A stretch of DNA of 64,000 nucleotides from Ignavibacteriota bacterium (GTDB lineage: Bacteria; Bacteroidota; Ignavibacteria; UBA10030; UBA6906): NCBI GenBank assembly GCA_963801355.1, contig CAWDEM010000008.1, positions 704,001 through 768,000 of the forward strand. The letters run 5' to 3'. A program made the position numbers and the translations under genes. A model generated the notes under the pieces. The model was not told the origin of the DNA, did not search any database, and worked only from the letters and a program-made list of their open reading frames with translations. Numbering within the stretch: position 1 is the first letter of the stretch; each line of letters opens with the position of its first letter. This document shows positions 29,890 to 39,164 of the stretch, piece by piece.

Positions 29890-32517
29890 TCAATTGCCTG
29901 CCTTCACCCAGGCCTCTTCCGCCTGAAGAGCATGCATGGCACGTGGGAAGATCTTCCGGTACACCCGTTCGGGGGGAAGCATTGCTCCATCCACCTGCAG
30001 CAACCGCTGAACCGTCACTCCAAACAGCCGTTCATTTTGCAGGAGCAGAGGTTTGATGAGTTCCCAGTCGCGCTCTTCCAATCCGGTTATGCCTCCCCCA
30101 TTCAATTGCTCTTCCGAGACCTTCCGTTGCGGGTCGCGGACGTAGATCGCGCCTCCTGACGCAAGGGAAAAGAGATTTCCTCCGGGATACGGGGTCTCGA
30201 GATCGACCACATTCCCATCGTCATCGAACGCGATGCCATTGAGTATGACGAACCCGCCGCCGTTGTGAGGATCCCCGGCCATGAAAGATTCAGCAAGGTA
30301 GTCAAGGCAGGTGCCATTGATGACGACACGGGGTTTTCCGACTGCATTGATGAGGGGTCTCCCTGCAGCGTTTCCCAGCACGAACACATTTCCCCCCTTG
30401 GCGCCATACATAAACGTCTGGCCCACATCGCCGTACACAACGAGGGACCCGCCCTTCATGATCTGCCCGAGCTGATCCTGGGCGTTTCCATGGACGAAAA
30501 TCTGTGCGCCGTCGATGCCGGAGGCGAGATAATCTCCGGGAGTGCCATAGACGTCGATCCGGACACGGTCCGTGCCCGGCCCGAGACCGTTTGCGATGAA
30601 TCGATGGCCCCTCGTGTGGACGACCAGGAAGTGGCGCCATCCCTCAGCGTGAAGTCGTCTGATTTCCGCACCCAGTCCCTCTTCCCCTTCAGGAGGAAAC
30701 GGTCTGGCATCGATGAGGAGCGTTTGATCTTCGCGCCCGGGAACCGGCCTCGGCTCCCCGGTGTGGAAGCAAGTGTACGAGCCATTCGGCGTGCGGTCGA
30801 GGGATTCGAACAGTGCGCTCAGCCGCTCGTCACACAGCGAAAGTATACTGCTCCGGCGCATGGAACCCGTCGGATACCGCCGGTCAATGAGAAGTGTCAG
30901 GACTCCAATTGCCCGTTTGAAGTCTCCCTGCGTGAGGGCGGAGCGTTCCAGCCCGGAAAGCGCGCCTGAGAATGCGGCATAGTCCCACGTCGGCAACTGG
31001 TTGACCACTTCGGCAAAAAGCTCATCTGTTGTCTTCCCGCTGAGTACGAGGATATCGGGGTCCACCTGCTTGCCGGGGGCAAGACGGTTCTGTACGTGCG
31101 GCTTCCTGCCGGTGTCGACTGTTATCCGTTTACCGAACTTATCCGAGCAGACGAGGACGGATTTCTTGCCGTCGCCGGCGTTCACGTCCGGCCGTACGGA
31201 AAACACGAACGCCCCGCCGTCGGTATGGCTCCCGCCGCGGGCATTCCAGTACCTATCGGCACGGGACCAGAAGCGTGAGTCTTCCGACGCCAGGCTGTCC
31301 AGCGCTGCATCTATCGCCTGCTTTTCAGAGGCTGCGAAGCCGATAGATGCTTCGCCCTCCTGAAGGGCAAAAACCTGAGGCCGGAGCATGCTGGTATCGG
31401 TGATCCCGATGAGCCGGGACTCTCCCCGGTCCTGGTCAGATTGCGCAATGAGGAAGAACCATGGCCCATCCGGTGATCCCTGCATGTGCGTCGTCTGCAG
31501 CATTTGGTAAATTTGCTGCTTGTCCACCGGGAGCAGCGTGAAATCCCTTTCGGTCGTCGGCGCGAGCGCCTCGATCACATATTCCAGCGGGTATCGATAG
31601 ACGCGGTAGAGCAAATCAAAGATGAGCGCGGAGACCTCGGTATCGGTAAGGAAGAGCGGAAAGATGTTGCGTTGTCCCAGGTATTCGCAGAGTGATGCAT
31701 AATTTGCGAAGTCCCCGTTGTGAACCAGAGCCTCATGAAGTCCCACAAAAGGGTGCGCTCCTCCCGGATGCCAGACCCTGCCCTTTGTGGGATACCGGTG
31801 ATGACCGATCCACACGTGCGCGTGAGTGTCTTCCAGCTTGTAGTAACGGACCACGTCATCGCCGTAGCCGACCATCTTGAGCACCATCATGTTCTTCCCA
31901 TGCGAGAGTACAAACGCCTTCTTGTCTCCCTGGGAAGCATAATATGCACGGTTGAGCAGATAGCTGTTCTGGTAGACGATTTCGTCCTCCGCGGCGCGTC
32001 CGGACATGGGCGATCCTGCCGCGGCGGCGGATTCTTGCTGTTTGAGAAAATCCCGAATGACGTCCGATTTCACCCGCACGAAATATTGATAGACCTCGGG
32101 CGGTCGAACCTCGAGGCTCGGAATGATCCCCATATCCTCGACAACAGGCACACAGCGGGCGGCATCTACCTCGAAGGTCGATTGCACATATTGGCGTTCA
32201 ACCTCATGGCGCACGGAGGGATCGAGATAGGCGATGGAGAGCAGGTAGTCGTTCTCCAACGTCTGCTTTGAGACTCCGAGTTCTTCCGGAACCAGACCGA
32301 CGGCAGCAATGCCGCCACCTTTATTGTTGCCGCGATTGCGCATTTGTTGCAGGGCTTGGAGCAGGTGGCGTGCAGGGATCTGTTCACTGCAGGCAATGCC
32401 TATGACACCGCAGCCCCCCTCCGCTTCCTGATTCCTCAGCGTCTGGTGTGTTCGCCCGTCGGGACGCAGGCTCTTGCGTGAAGCAATGAGGGCGTCAATA
32501 TCTCGTGCAGTTGTCAT
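29890..32517 (-). CDS. Glutamate synthase-related subunit: class II (Ntn) glutamine amidotransferase fused to GXGXG beta-helix domain
   Basis: AEGG-CGVIG (Ntn Cys after propeptide), RNRG, HHRYPT, AHPF, HNGD, TDTE; C-terminal GNAQD/GDVGQ/GNAAGR repeats. Confidence 0.88.
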   Translation of the reverse strand: MTTARDIDALIASRKSLRPDGRTHQTLRNQEAEGGCGVIGIACSEQIPARHLLQALQQMRNRGNNKGGGIAAVGLVPEELGVSKQTLENDYLLSIAYLDPSVRHEVERQYVQSTFEVDAARCVPVVEDMGIIPSLEVRPPEVYQYFVRVKSDVIRDFLKQQESAAAAGSPMSGRAAEDEIVYQNSYLLNRAYYASQGDKKAFVLSHGKNMMVLKMVGYGDDVVRYYKLEDTHAHVWIGHHRYPTKGRVWHPGGAHPFVGLHEALVHNGDFANYASLCEYLGQRNIFPLFLTDTEVSALIFDLLYRVYRYPLEYVIEALAPTTERDFTLLPVDKQQIYQMLQTTHMQGSPDGPWFFLIAQSDQDRGESRLIGITDTSMLRPQVFALQEGEASIGFAASEKQAIDAALDSLASEDSRFWSRADRYWNARGGSHTDGGAFVFSVRPDVNAGDGKKSVLVCSDKFGKRITVDTGRKPHVQNRLAPGKQVDPDILVLSGKTTDELFAEVVNQLPTWDYAAFSGALSGLERSALTQGDFKRAIGVLTLLIDRRYPTGSMRRSSILSLCDERLSALFESLDRTPNGSYTCFHTGEPRPVPGREDQTLLIDARPFPPEGEEGLGAEIRRLHAEGWRHFLVVHTRGHRFIANGLGPGTDRVRIDVYGTPGDYLASGIDGAQIFVHGNAQDQLGQIMKGGSLVVYGDVGQTFMYGAKGGNVFVLGNAAGRPLINAVGKPRVVINGTCLDYLAESFMAGDPHNGGGFVILNGIAFDDDGNVVDLETPYPGGNLFSLASGGAIYVRDPQRKVSEEQLNGGGITGLEERDWELIKPLLLQNERLFGVTVQRLLQVDGAMLPPERVYRKIFPRAMHALQAEEAWVKAGN

Positions 32518-33833
32518 GCGCGGCTCGAGCTGTTTTTGCTGTACGAGAGGAAATCAGTCCTCCCCCTGAGTTGGCTTATATCCTGAAGCCCGAGTTGTCG
32601 AAGGATCCCGGAGAGCTGCGAGGCGTACGACCGATAGAGATTCGAAATGCGCATGGCCCCCCACTCCGGTTCGACCAGCTCGGTGAGTTCCGGGTCGGTA
32701 GTGGTGAGTCCGTACGGGCACCCCCGGCCGCGCTCGCAATTGGAACACCGCGTGCAACCGAGAGCGACCAGTTCGGCCGTTCCCAGGACGCAGCCATCTG
32801 CGCCCAGCGCGATGGCTTTGGCGATGTCATAGGCCGTGCGGACGCCGCCGCTCGCCATGACCACGATCTGATCGCGGATTCCTTCCTGAACGAGATAGCG
32901 ATGGACTTTCGGTATCGCGAACTCGATGGGCATCGCAATGTTTTTCTTGGCAATCTCGGGGGCGGCACCTGTTCCACCGTAACTTCCATCGATCTGGAGA
33001 ATGTGTGCGCCCGCATAGTAACTCCCCACCGCTACCATGTCAATGTCCGTCGGCGTCGACACCTTGACGCACACCAGCGCCGTGGGATTGACGGTCCGTA
33101 TCCAGTCGATATGCTTCTTATGATCCTCGACGGAATAGACCGAATGAAACGGAAAGGGGGAGAACAGACTTACCCAGGGCACACTTTCCCGCATCTTTGC
33201 CACGGCGACGGTGGTCTTGTCTCCCAGTAAATGTCCTCCGAGACCCGGCTTCGCACCCTGGGCATACTTGAACTCGACGATCGGCGCTCTCTGGATTGTC
33301 TCTTCGCGTACGCCGAACATGCCTGTGGCCACCTGCGTGATGATATGGTCACGGTGGGGTATGAGGGAATCCGGATAGCCGCCTTCGCCGGTTGAGGTGA
33401 ACGTGCTCCACTCGGCGGCGGCCATTGCTCTCGCCATCATGATATGTTCGCTGATGGACCCGTACGACATCCCACCGCCGTACATGGGAACCGGGATCTC
33501 GATGCGGCGGTCAACCGGCCTGCGGTTCAGGGGGATTGCGGTCGAGACCGGGGTGCTCTCCGGTATCCATTGTTCCTGAGGGAGGAACTTGAAGTCGAGG
33601 AGATCGAAGCCGCCACCCGAATTGCCGATCCTGTATTCCAGTCCATTCTCGGGTATGCGCCCCGTTTCCGCCTGCACCCAGGTGGAGAGGATGAGATCGG
33701 CGGTCCATCGGTAGTCTCCCAGCGCGGGCATCATGGCGGTGCCAAGTTGCGGCCAGAGGTGGAATCCCCGGTGCAAGGCCTTGATATGTTTCTCGGTGAT
33801 CCGTTGCTCGATTGATTTCTCAGACTTTTTCAT
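32514..33833 (-). CDS. Glutamate synthase FMN-binding/[3Fe-4S] subunit (GltB2-type)
   Basis: MSYGS, STGEGG, QVATGMFG, EFKYAQGAKPGLGGHL, DGSYGGTGAA, CTRCSNCERGRGCP. Confidence 0.9.
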   Translation of the reverse strand: MKKSEKSIEQRITEKHIKALHRGFHLWPQLGTAMMPALGDYRWTADLILSTWVQAETGRIPENGLEYRIGNSGGGFDLLDFKFLPQEQWIPESTPVSTAIPLNRRPVDRRIEIPVPMYGGGMSYGSISEHIMMARAMAAAEWSTFTSTGEGGYPDSLIPHRDHIITQVATGMFGVREETIQRAPIVEFKYAQGAKPGLGGHLLGDKTTVAVAKMRESVPWVSLFSPFPFHSVYSVEDHKKHIDWIRTVNPTALVCVKVSTPTDIDMVAVGSYYAGAHILQIDGSYGGTGAAPEIAKKNIAMPIEFAIPKVHRYLVQEGIRDQIVVMASGGVRTAYDIAKAIALGADGCVLGTAELVALGCTRCSNCERGRGCPYGLTTTDPELTELVEPEWGAMRISNLYRSYASQLSGILRQLGLQDISQLRGRTDFLSYSKNSSSRA

Positions 33834-35304
33834 ACCCGCTGATCCCTTCGAAGGCTTCCCGTTCGAGATCTTTCTGGAACATTGCCCTGCCCAATTCTCC
33901 CCTCAGGCGTTGCACCTCTCTCAATCCCATCGCTCCCATCACCTCAAGCAATTGATCGCGCCATGATGCAATGAGGTTCGTAAGACGCTGGACTCCCCAT
34001 GCGAGGGGGAGATCCGGAACCTCCCAGCGGCTTCCGGTTTGATCAATGCATTCCCCTGTCATTGCCAGCTGCAAAGCGATGAGAAGGGGTGTATCGAGTG
34101 ATACTAGGTCAAGGCCGCAGACGATCGCTTTGGGTACGTGTTCGGCAACGATGATTCCCCCGCCGCCGATAAGCGTGACGTGAGAGCGCCTGCCTTCCTG
34201 CACAAGGGCCTGATGCGCCCTCCGGATCAATTCGAGAACGAACTCCCCTTCTGCATTCTGACCATGATAGTCGGCCACTAGATGAAACACGCGGAACCCG
34301 TCGTTTACGCCCCCGAGAAGTTCCTCCTCAAACCCGGAGGCGAACGACAGTCGCAGACACGGAATCGCATCGGGGAATCGCCGGCAGACTTCGTCGTGCA
34401 GTCTTGCGTCCCGGGAAGAGAGTTCGAACATGTAAGGTCTTTCGGTGAGTCCCGACAGCGCTTCGCAGTCATCAGGCGTGAGCAGCGGGACGATGTGATT
34501 TCCGTTTGCGCCCAGTTTCTTGATAAGTGACACCGGGAGAATGACAAGCGTCTGCAGCTGTCGGGCAGACTCGACGAGAATCTGCGCAACGGTGTCAGAA
34601 CGAAGCGTTGCGGGAGGTAGATCAAACAGCATCGGGAGCGGCAGAGGGAAACCGTGCGGCAATTGACCGTTAGGTATGCGCCGCTCGTCAAACGTGAGGT
34701 ATGACGGTCTGTCTCCCACATGCACCGAAGTCGATATGAACTCCCGGCCGTGGATTCCGTCGCGTGTGGGACGAACGATTTCGGACATGTCCGTCCACAT
34801 TCCATCCCAGCCCTCGCCGCCGAATCGTCCGCGGTAGCCGGCACCTTTGACAGGAATTGCTCCTGTTTGCGTCTCATACATGACGGTATCGACATGAGCA
34901 GGCGTGAAGTATGAATCCCCCAGGCGCTTGCGATCCGGATTGGGAGAGACACGCACAAACTCGGGGAACTCATTCATGCAGCGCAGGCACCCCACACAGA
35001 CCTTTGGACGCGGCGCGAAGCCGCCGATTGGCCCCGAGAAAACGCCGTACATGCACGGCCGGCTGGTAATGAGCGCTTTGTTGAGCCGTTGATGAACGAT
35101 CTCTTTCAGGAGGTGGTGTGCGAGTCCGACTCTCCCCACCCTCACGCGGAATCGATTGGGGTAGGGAGCGACGTCGGCGGCGGTTTCTGTTTCGATGTGG
35201 TAGCGGTGGTAGGCACGCGGAGCCTCCCCATCCGGGTTCCGCGTGCCCCTTCCGGGAGTGGGAGTATCAGTTGAGTGATTTGTCTCAGGTTGCGAGTTGC
35301 TCAT
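33820..35304 (-). CDS. Divergent glutamate synthase barrel-like subunit with N-terminal ferredoxin-like Cys motif
   Basis: PC...CVGCLRC; DMSEIVRPTRDGIHGRE; GGGGI...KAIVCG; QLLEVMGAMGLREVQRLRGE; lacks QGAKPG and the C-terminal Cys cluster. Confidence 0.78.
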   Translation of the reverse strand: MSNSQPETNHSTDTPTPGRGTRNPDGEAPRAYHRYHIETETAADVAPYPNRFRVRVGRVGLAHHLLKEIVHQRLNKALITSRPCMYGVFSGPIGGFAPRPKVCVGCLRCMNEFPEFVRVSPNPDRKRLGDSYFTPAHVDTVMYETQTGAIPVKGAGYRGRFGGEGWDGMWTDMSEIVRPTRDGIHGREFISTSVHVGDRPSYLTFDERRIPNGQLPHGFPLPLPMLFDLPPATLRSDTVAQILVESARQLQTLVILPVSLIKKLGANGNHIVPLLTPDDCEALSGLTERPYMFELSSRDARLHDEVCRRFPDAIPCLRLSFASGFEEELLGGVNDGFRVFHLVADYHGQNAEGEFVLELIRRAHQALVQEGRRSHVTLIGGGGIIVAEHVPKAIVCGLDLVSLDTPLLIALQLAMTGECIDQTGSRWEVPDLPLAWGVQRLTNLIASWRDQLLEVMGAMGLREVQRLRGELGRAMFQKDLEREAFEGISGYEKV

Positions 35305-35332
35305 CAAGATTATCCTCACTAATGAATAGATA

Positions 35333-35361
35333 AGTATAATGAACCTATTTGCAGGATTCAA
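35333..35361 (-). promoter_or_regulatory. Sigma70-type promoter of the glutamate-synthase-like operon
   Basis: Minus strand TTGAAT-17nt-TATACT, about 30 nt before ATG 35304. Confidence 0.55.
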
Positions 35362-35479
35362 CTGGAATTCGAGAGATTCCTGGCGGAGAAGAAAACAACC
35401 ATCCCACCCATTGAACAAACTACCCCCTCAGGGATTATTTGAGTGACCCGAGTATTGTTCCGCAACGAAGGAGGCAACA

Positions 35480-36763
35480 ATGAATACGACCAGATTTGTC
35501 TTCATCACTGTCATACTGGCTGTCCTTGGGTTCTCGGGCTGCCAAAAGGACGAGCGGGTTGTCCAACGGCCCGAGAAGATCCGAAGCCTGCGTGAGGTAG
35601 TCTACGACACTGAAACGTACGCTCAGCTGGACACTCTCTGGAAGAAGTACAACGAAGCTTACCCCTCCGAGGAGGCCTACGCGAACTGGATGTATGCCGC
35701 CCGCTATGCCGGCGACCCCGACTATGCGTCGCTTCTGGAGGCCGGCGTCAAGAAGTATCCGGCAAACCCCAAGCTCCTTTACTTTAAGGCCATGTCGGAC
35801 CACGGGCGGCCCCAGAACCTAGAGGCTCTGAGCCTTCTGGAGCGGGCCGTGGAACTGGATCCTTCCTACACGGACCCCTGGTTCGGTCTCGTCATTCACT
35901 ACCTCGAGCGCGGTGAGCAGGAGAAGATGAACGTTGCCCTGCGAAAGATTCTGGAATCCGGGGTTATTGCGGATGAAGTCATGGATTATTCGTACAATAT
36001 GCTGGCGTGCCTGGAGAAGGACGCAATCCTTGTCACAAACGGGGACAATGACACCTATCCCGGATGGATCCTCACGCGGGTCGTCGGATACCGCCCTGAC
36101 ATTCGTCTTGTCAACCAGTCTCTGTTGAATACGGACTGGTACCCTCGTACTTTGGTGACAGATGGGGTTCCGGCTTTTGTTACTGCAAACTCGCTTGATA
36201 GCTTGAGAAAGGCGATAGTAGAGGAGCTTGAGAGTCTCCGGAAAACAAAAGGACCCATCCCGGAGGGAGGGCCGTTCAGCAATGCCCTGATTGAGCGGCT
36301 GGTGAGGGCCTGCCGGAATGTGGGGCGGCCCGTCTATTTTGCAGCCACGCTGCAGCATGCCCCCGTCGTGAAACGTCTCCTGCTAACGGGAAGGGGGCTT
36401 GGACTGGCGACGCTCGTCACGCCGGCCGCGGAGTCCGATGCCAGCCAGCTGAAAAAGGTTTTCACCATTTGGCAGAACGACTTCCGTACAGGCGGGCTTC
36501 ACGGTTGGGGGATCCGTTACGCTAAACCGACACGGGCCGGCAGGATGCTCGTCATGAACTATGGCACCGCGCTGAGCTCCCAGATGGACAGAATCCTCAA
36601 GCTTGCTCCCGATAGTCGGCTGGGATTATTTCGATGGTACCGGGACAACGTGCGTGCCCTCGTACCAGACTACCAGCGTGAGACCATGGACCGGATGTGG
36701 ACCCGTTCTGACGATATTGGAGAGATCAGGGAGTGGTGCCGCAAAATGAATCTGGCAAAATAG
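35480..36763 (+). CDS. TPR-containing lipoprotein with DUF2723-like C-terminal segment
   Basis: Lipobox FSGC; LERAVELDP TPR; TNGDNDTYP...NQSLLNTDWY. Confidence 0.72.
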   Translation: MNTTRFVFITVILAVLGFSGCQKDERVVQRPEKIRSLREVVYDTETYAQLDTLWKKYNEAYPSEEAYANWMYAARYAGDPDYASLLEAGVKKYPANPKLLYFKAMSDHGRPQNLEALSLLERAVELDPSYTDPWFGLVIHYLERGEQEKMNVALRKILESGVIADEVMDYSYNMLACLEKDAILVTNGDNDTYPGWILTRVVGYRPDIRLVNQSLLNTDWYPRTLVTDGVPAFVTANSLDSLRKAIVEELESLRKTKGPIPEGGPFSNALIERLVRACRNVGRPVYFAATLQHAPVVKRLLLTGRGLGLATLVTPAAESDASQLKKVFTIWQNDFRTGGLHGWGIRYAKPTRAGRMLVMNYGTALSSQMDRILKLAPDSRLGLFRWYRDNVRALVPDYQRETMDRMWTRSDDIGEIREWCRKMNLAK

Positions 36764-37293
36764 CAGCGGGATGGGAGGACCTCGCCCGCGCGAGGAACGG
36801 AAGTCCGGAAGCATGGAGAATACTGTTCGACCAGTACTCTCCTCAGCTCCTCCGGATGGCTGCATTGATGACCGGTTCGGCGGACGCGGCACGCGATTGC
36901 GTGCAGGAGACATTCGTCCGGCTCCTGAACTCGGTAGTGCGCGATCAGACTGGATCTCTCAGGGCGTACCTCTCCACTATCGTGTATCGACTGGCGTTGA
37001 AGGAGAAGATGCGGGTGAGCAAAGGGGTTCCCCTCGGTGTGCCGGAACCCGCGTCTCCCAACCCTTCGCCTCTCGACGAGGTAATTGCCGACGAGAGACA
37101 GCGGGAGGTGGCACGGGTGCTCCTGACGCTTCCCGACCATCACCGGGACATACTGATCCTCAGACTACATGGGGATCACAGCTATGAGGACATTTCAGAG
37201 ATCACAGGTCTTCCTCTTGGGACGGTGAAGTCGCGCATCTTCCATGCAGTGAAATCAGCAAGGGCGGAGATGAAGAATAGAGGCTTGATATGA
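36733..37293 (+). CDS. ECF RNA polymerase sigma factor
   Basis: DCVQETF region 2; SYEDISEITGLPLGTVKSRI region 4. Start uncertain. Confidence 0.88.
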   Translation: MVPQNESGKIAAGWEDLARARNGSPEAWRILFDQYSPQLLRMAALMTGSADAARDCVQETFVRLLNSVVRDQTGSLRAYLSTIVYRLALKEKMRVSKGVPLGVPEPASPNPSPLDEVIADERQREVARVLLTLPDHHRDILILRLHGDHSYEDISEITGLPLGTVKSRIFHAVKSARAEMKNRGLI

Positions 37294-37685
37294 CACGACA
37301 TGTCAACGAAGACACGATGCTGAAGTCGGCACTTGGACTGCTGGGTCCTCAGGTAGATCGCAACGTGCGCGATCATCTCGAAGGATGCCCTACATGCCGC
37401 GCTCTGCAAGAAGACGTGGACCGGACATTGCGTGACTTCAGGGACGTGGCGCCACATATCACCGCGAAGATCCCTGGTCTCCCTTCACTCAAGGGCAACC
37501 GCCACCTGTGGATACGCATTGCAGCTATGCTGGCCATTGGCTTCGGGCTGGGCTATGCCACCTCTGAGTCCCTCCGTCCGCAATCAATTACCGTCGTCCG
37601 GCAGCATCTGATTCCAACACCGCCGAAATGGCCGGCAGATGGTTTTGTGGCCTGTGATGACAAGGATCTTATGCCGGTGAGATAG
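37290..37685 (+). CDS. Zinc-finger (ZAS/zf-HC2) membrane anti-sigma factor
   Basis: HLEGCPTC (HxxxCxxC), TM helix, ATGA overlap with the sigma gene. Confidence 0.82.
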   Translation: MTRHVNEDTMLKSALGLLGPQVDRNVRDHLEGCPTCRALQEDVDRTLRDFRDVAPHITAKIPGLPSLKGNRHLWIRIAAMLAIGFGLGYATSESLRPQSITVVRQHLIPTPPKWPADGFVACDDKDLMPVR

Positions 37686-37856
37686 GTCCGCCCCTCCTAC
37701 ATACCCGCATAAGCGGACCCTCTGATACCCTTCTTGAAATCCCACCTCTCTGCCCTCCTCACTCCCAAGTTTTTCGGGAACAACCGCAGGGAAAAAAGGG
37801 TTGCAAAAAGAGATAGCCATGTGTCACCCGTGATTGTCTTGCGGAAGGAGGTAGAC

Positions 37857-39059
37857 ATGTACGACGTCATCGTTGTAGGCGCACGCTGCGCCGGCTCACC
37901 GACCGCCATGCTCCTTGCCAGGAAGGGATACCGGGTATTGCTGGTCGACAGGGCCGGATTCCCCAGTGATGCGTTATCGACGCATTATATCCACCAGCCG
38001 GGAGTAGCCACACTCAACCGCTGGGGACTCCTGGAGAGAGTCATTGCATCCGGCTGCCCGCCCGTAGAGAAACAGATTCTGGACGTCGGGCCCTTCGCCA
38101 TAGCCGGGACCCCGCCTCCCGTCGACGGCATCAAGGCGGGTTATGCTCCCCGGCGCAAGATCCTGGACATGATACTCCTCGATGCCGCCATTGAGTCCGG
38201 AGTCGAAGTCCGCGAAAACTTTTCGGTCGAAGAGCTGCTCACTCACGGCGGCCGCGTGACGGGCATCAGGGGCCGGTCGAAGGCGGGCGTCCCCTCCGAA
38301 GATGCGGCCTATTTCGTGATAGGTGCCGACGGGATTCACTCGGTGGTTGCCCGGCTGGTTGAGGCGCCCAGATATGACGAACAGCCGGCACTCAACTGTA
38401 CGTACTTTACGTACTGGAGCGGTGTGAACCTTTCGACCGTTGAGATGTACATGCGCCCTGAACGCATGATCATCGGCGCTCCCACAAACGATGGGTTGAC
38501 GCTCACAATCGTCTACTGGCCTGAAATCGACTTTCCTATGGTGCGTGCCAACGTCGGAGTCGAGTTCATGCGGGCACTTGACCTGGTGCCGGAGTTCGCC
38601 GAACGCATCCGTTCCGGGACGCGCGTGGAGATGTTCCGCGGGAGTGGTGATTTGCGCGGGTTCTTCCGCCGACCGTATGGACCGGGTTGGGCACTTGTGG
38701 GGGACGCGGCTTACCATAAGAATCCGATAACCGCGGCGGGAATCACCGATGCATTCCGCGACGCCGAATTGCTCGTGGACGCGGTCGACGATACACTCGA
38801 AGGATTCGTCCCGGCCGAGGTGGCAATGGCCGAATACGAACGCAAGCGCAACAAGACAGCGTTGCCTCTGTATCGGATGACTTGCGACATGGCGAAGCTT
38901 CATGCCCCCGTACCAGAAACACAAAGACTCCTCGCGGCATTGCGCGACAACGAAGAGGAGTCCGGGCGCTTCCTCGGAACCCTCGCCGGCAGCGTTCCGA
39001 TCCGCGAGTTCTTCTCACCTGCGCATTTAGGACGGATCACCGGGACAAAGATCAACTGA
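37857..39059 (+). CDS. FAD-dependent oxidoreductase (geranylgeranyl reductase/monooxygenase-like)
   Basis: DVIVVGARCAG, GADG, LVGDA...P.T..GI; GGAGG RBS. Confidence 0.88.
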   Translation: MYDVIVVGARCAGSPTAMLLARKGYRVLLVDRAGFPSDALSTHYIHQPGVATLNRWGLLERVIASGCPPVEKQILDVGPFAIAGTPPPVDGIKAGYAPRRKILDMILLDAAIESGVEVRENFSVEELLTHGGRVTGIRGRSKAGVPSEDAAYFVIGADGIHSVVARLVEAPRYDEQPALNCTYFTYWSGVNLSTVEMYMRPERMIIGAPTNDGLTLTIVYWPEIDFPMVRANVGVEFMRALDLVPEFAERIRSGTRVEMFRGSGDLRGFFRRPYGPGWALVGDAAYHKNPITAAGITDAFRDAELLVDAVDDTLEGFVPAEVAMAEYERKRNKTALPLYRMTCDMAKLHAPVPETQRLLAALRDNEEESGRFLGTLAGSVPIREFFSPAHLGRITGTKIN

Positions 39060-39076
39060 ACGATGCGGGCGGGACG

Positions 39077-39105
39077 TTGACTCTGGCCCGCCTCTCCCCT
39101 ATCTT
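39077..39105 (+). promoter_or_regulatory. Sigma70-type promoter
   Basis: TTGACT-17nt-TATCTT. Confidence 0.55.
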
Positions 39106-39164
39106 ACGCCAGCATCGATGATTTCTTGCGGTGCCTGGATCACACACCTCCGCGCAGAGCTCTC

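Noticed and set aside
29890-35304. N-methylglutamate synthase (mgsABC) assignment
   Set aside because: Domain split differs and no gmaS/mgd methylamine genes are in the window; not excluded, but unsupported.
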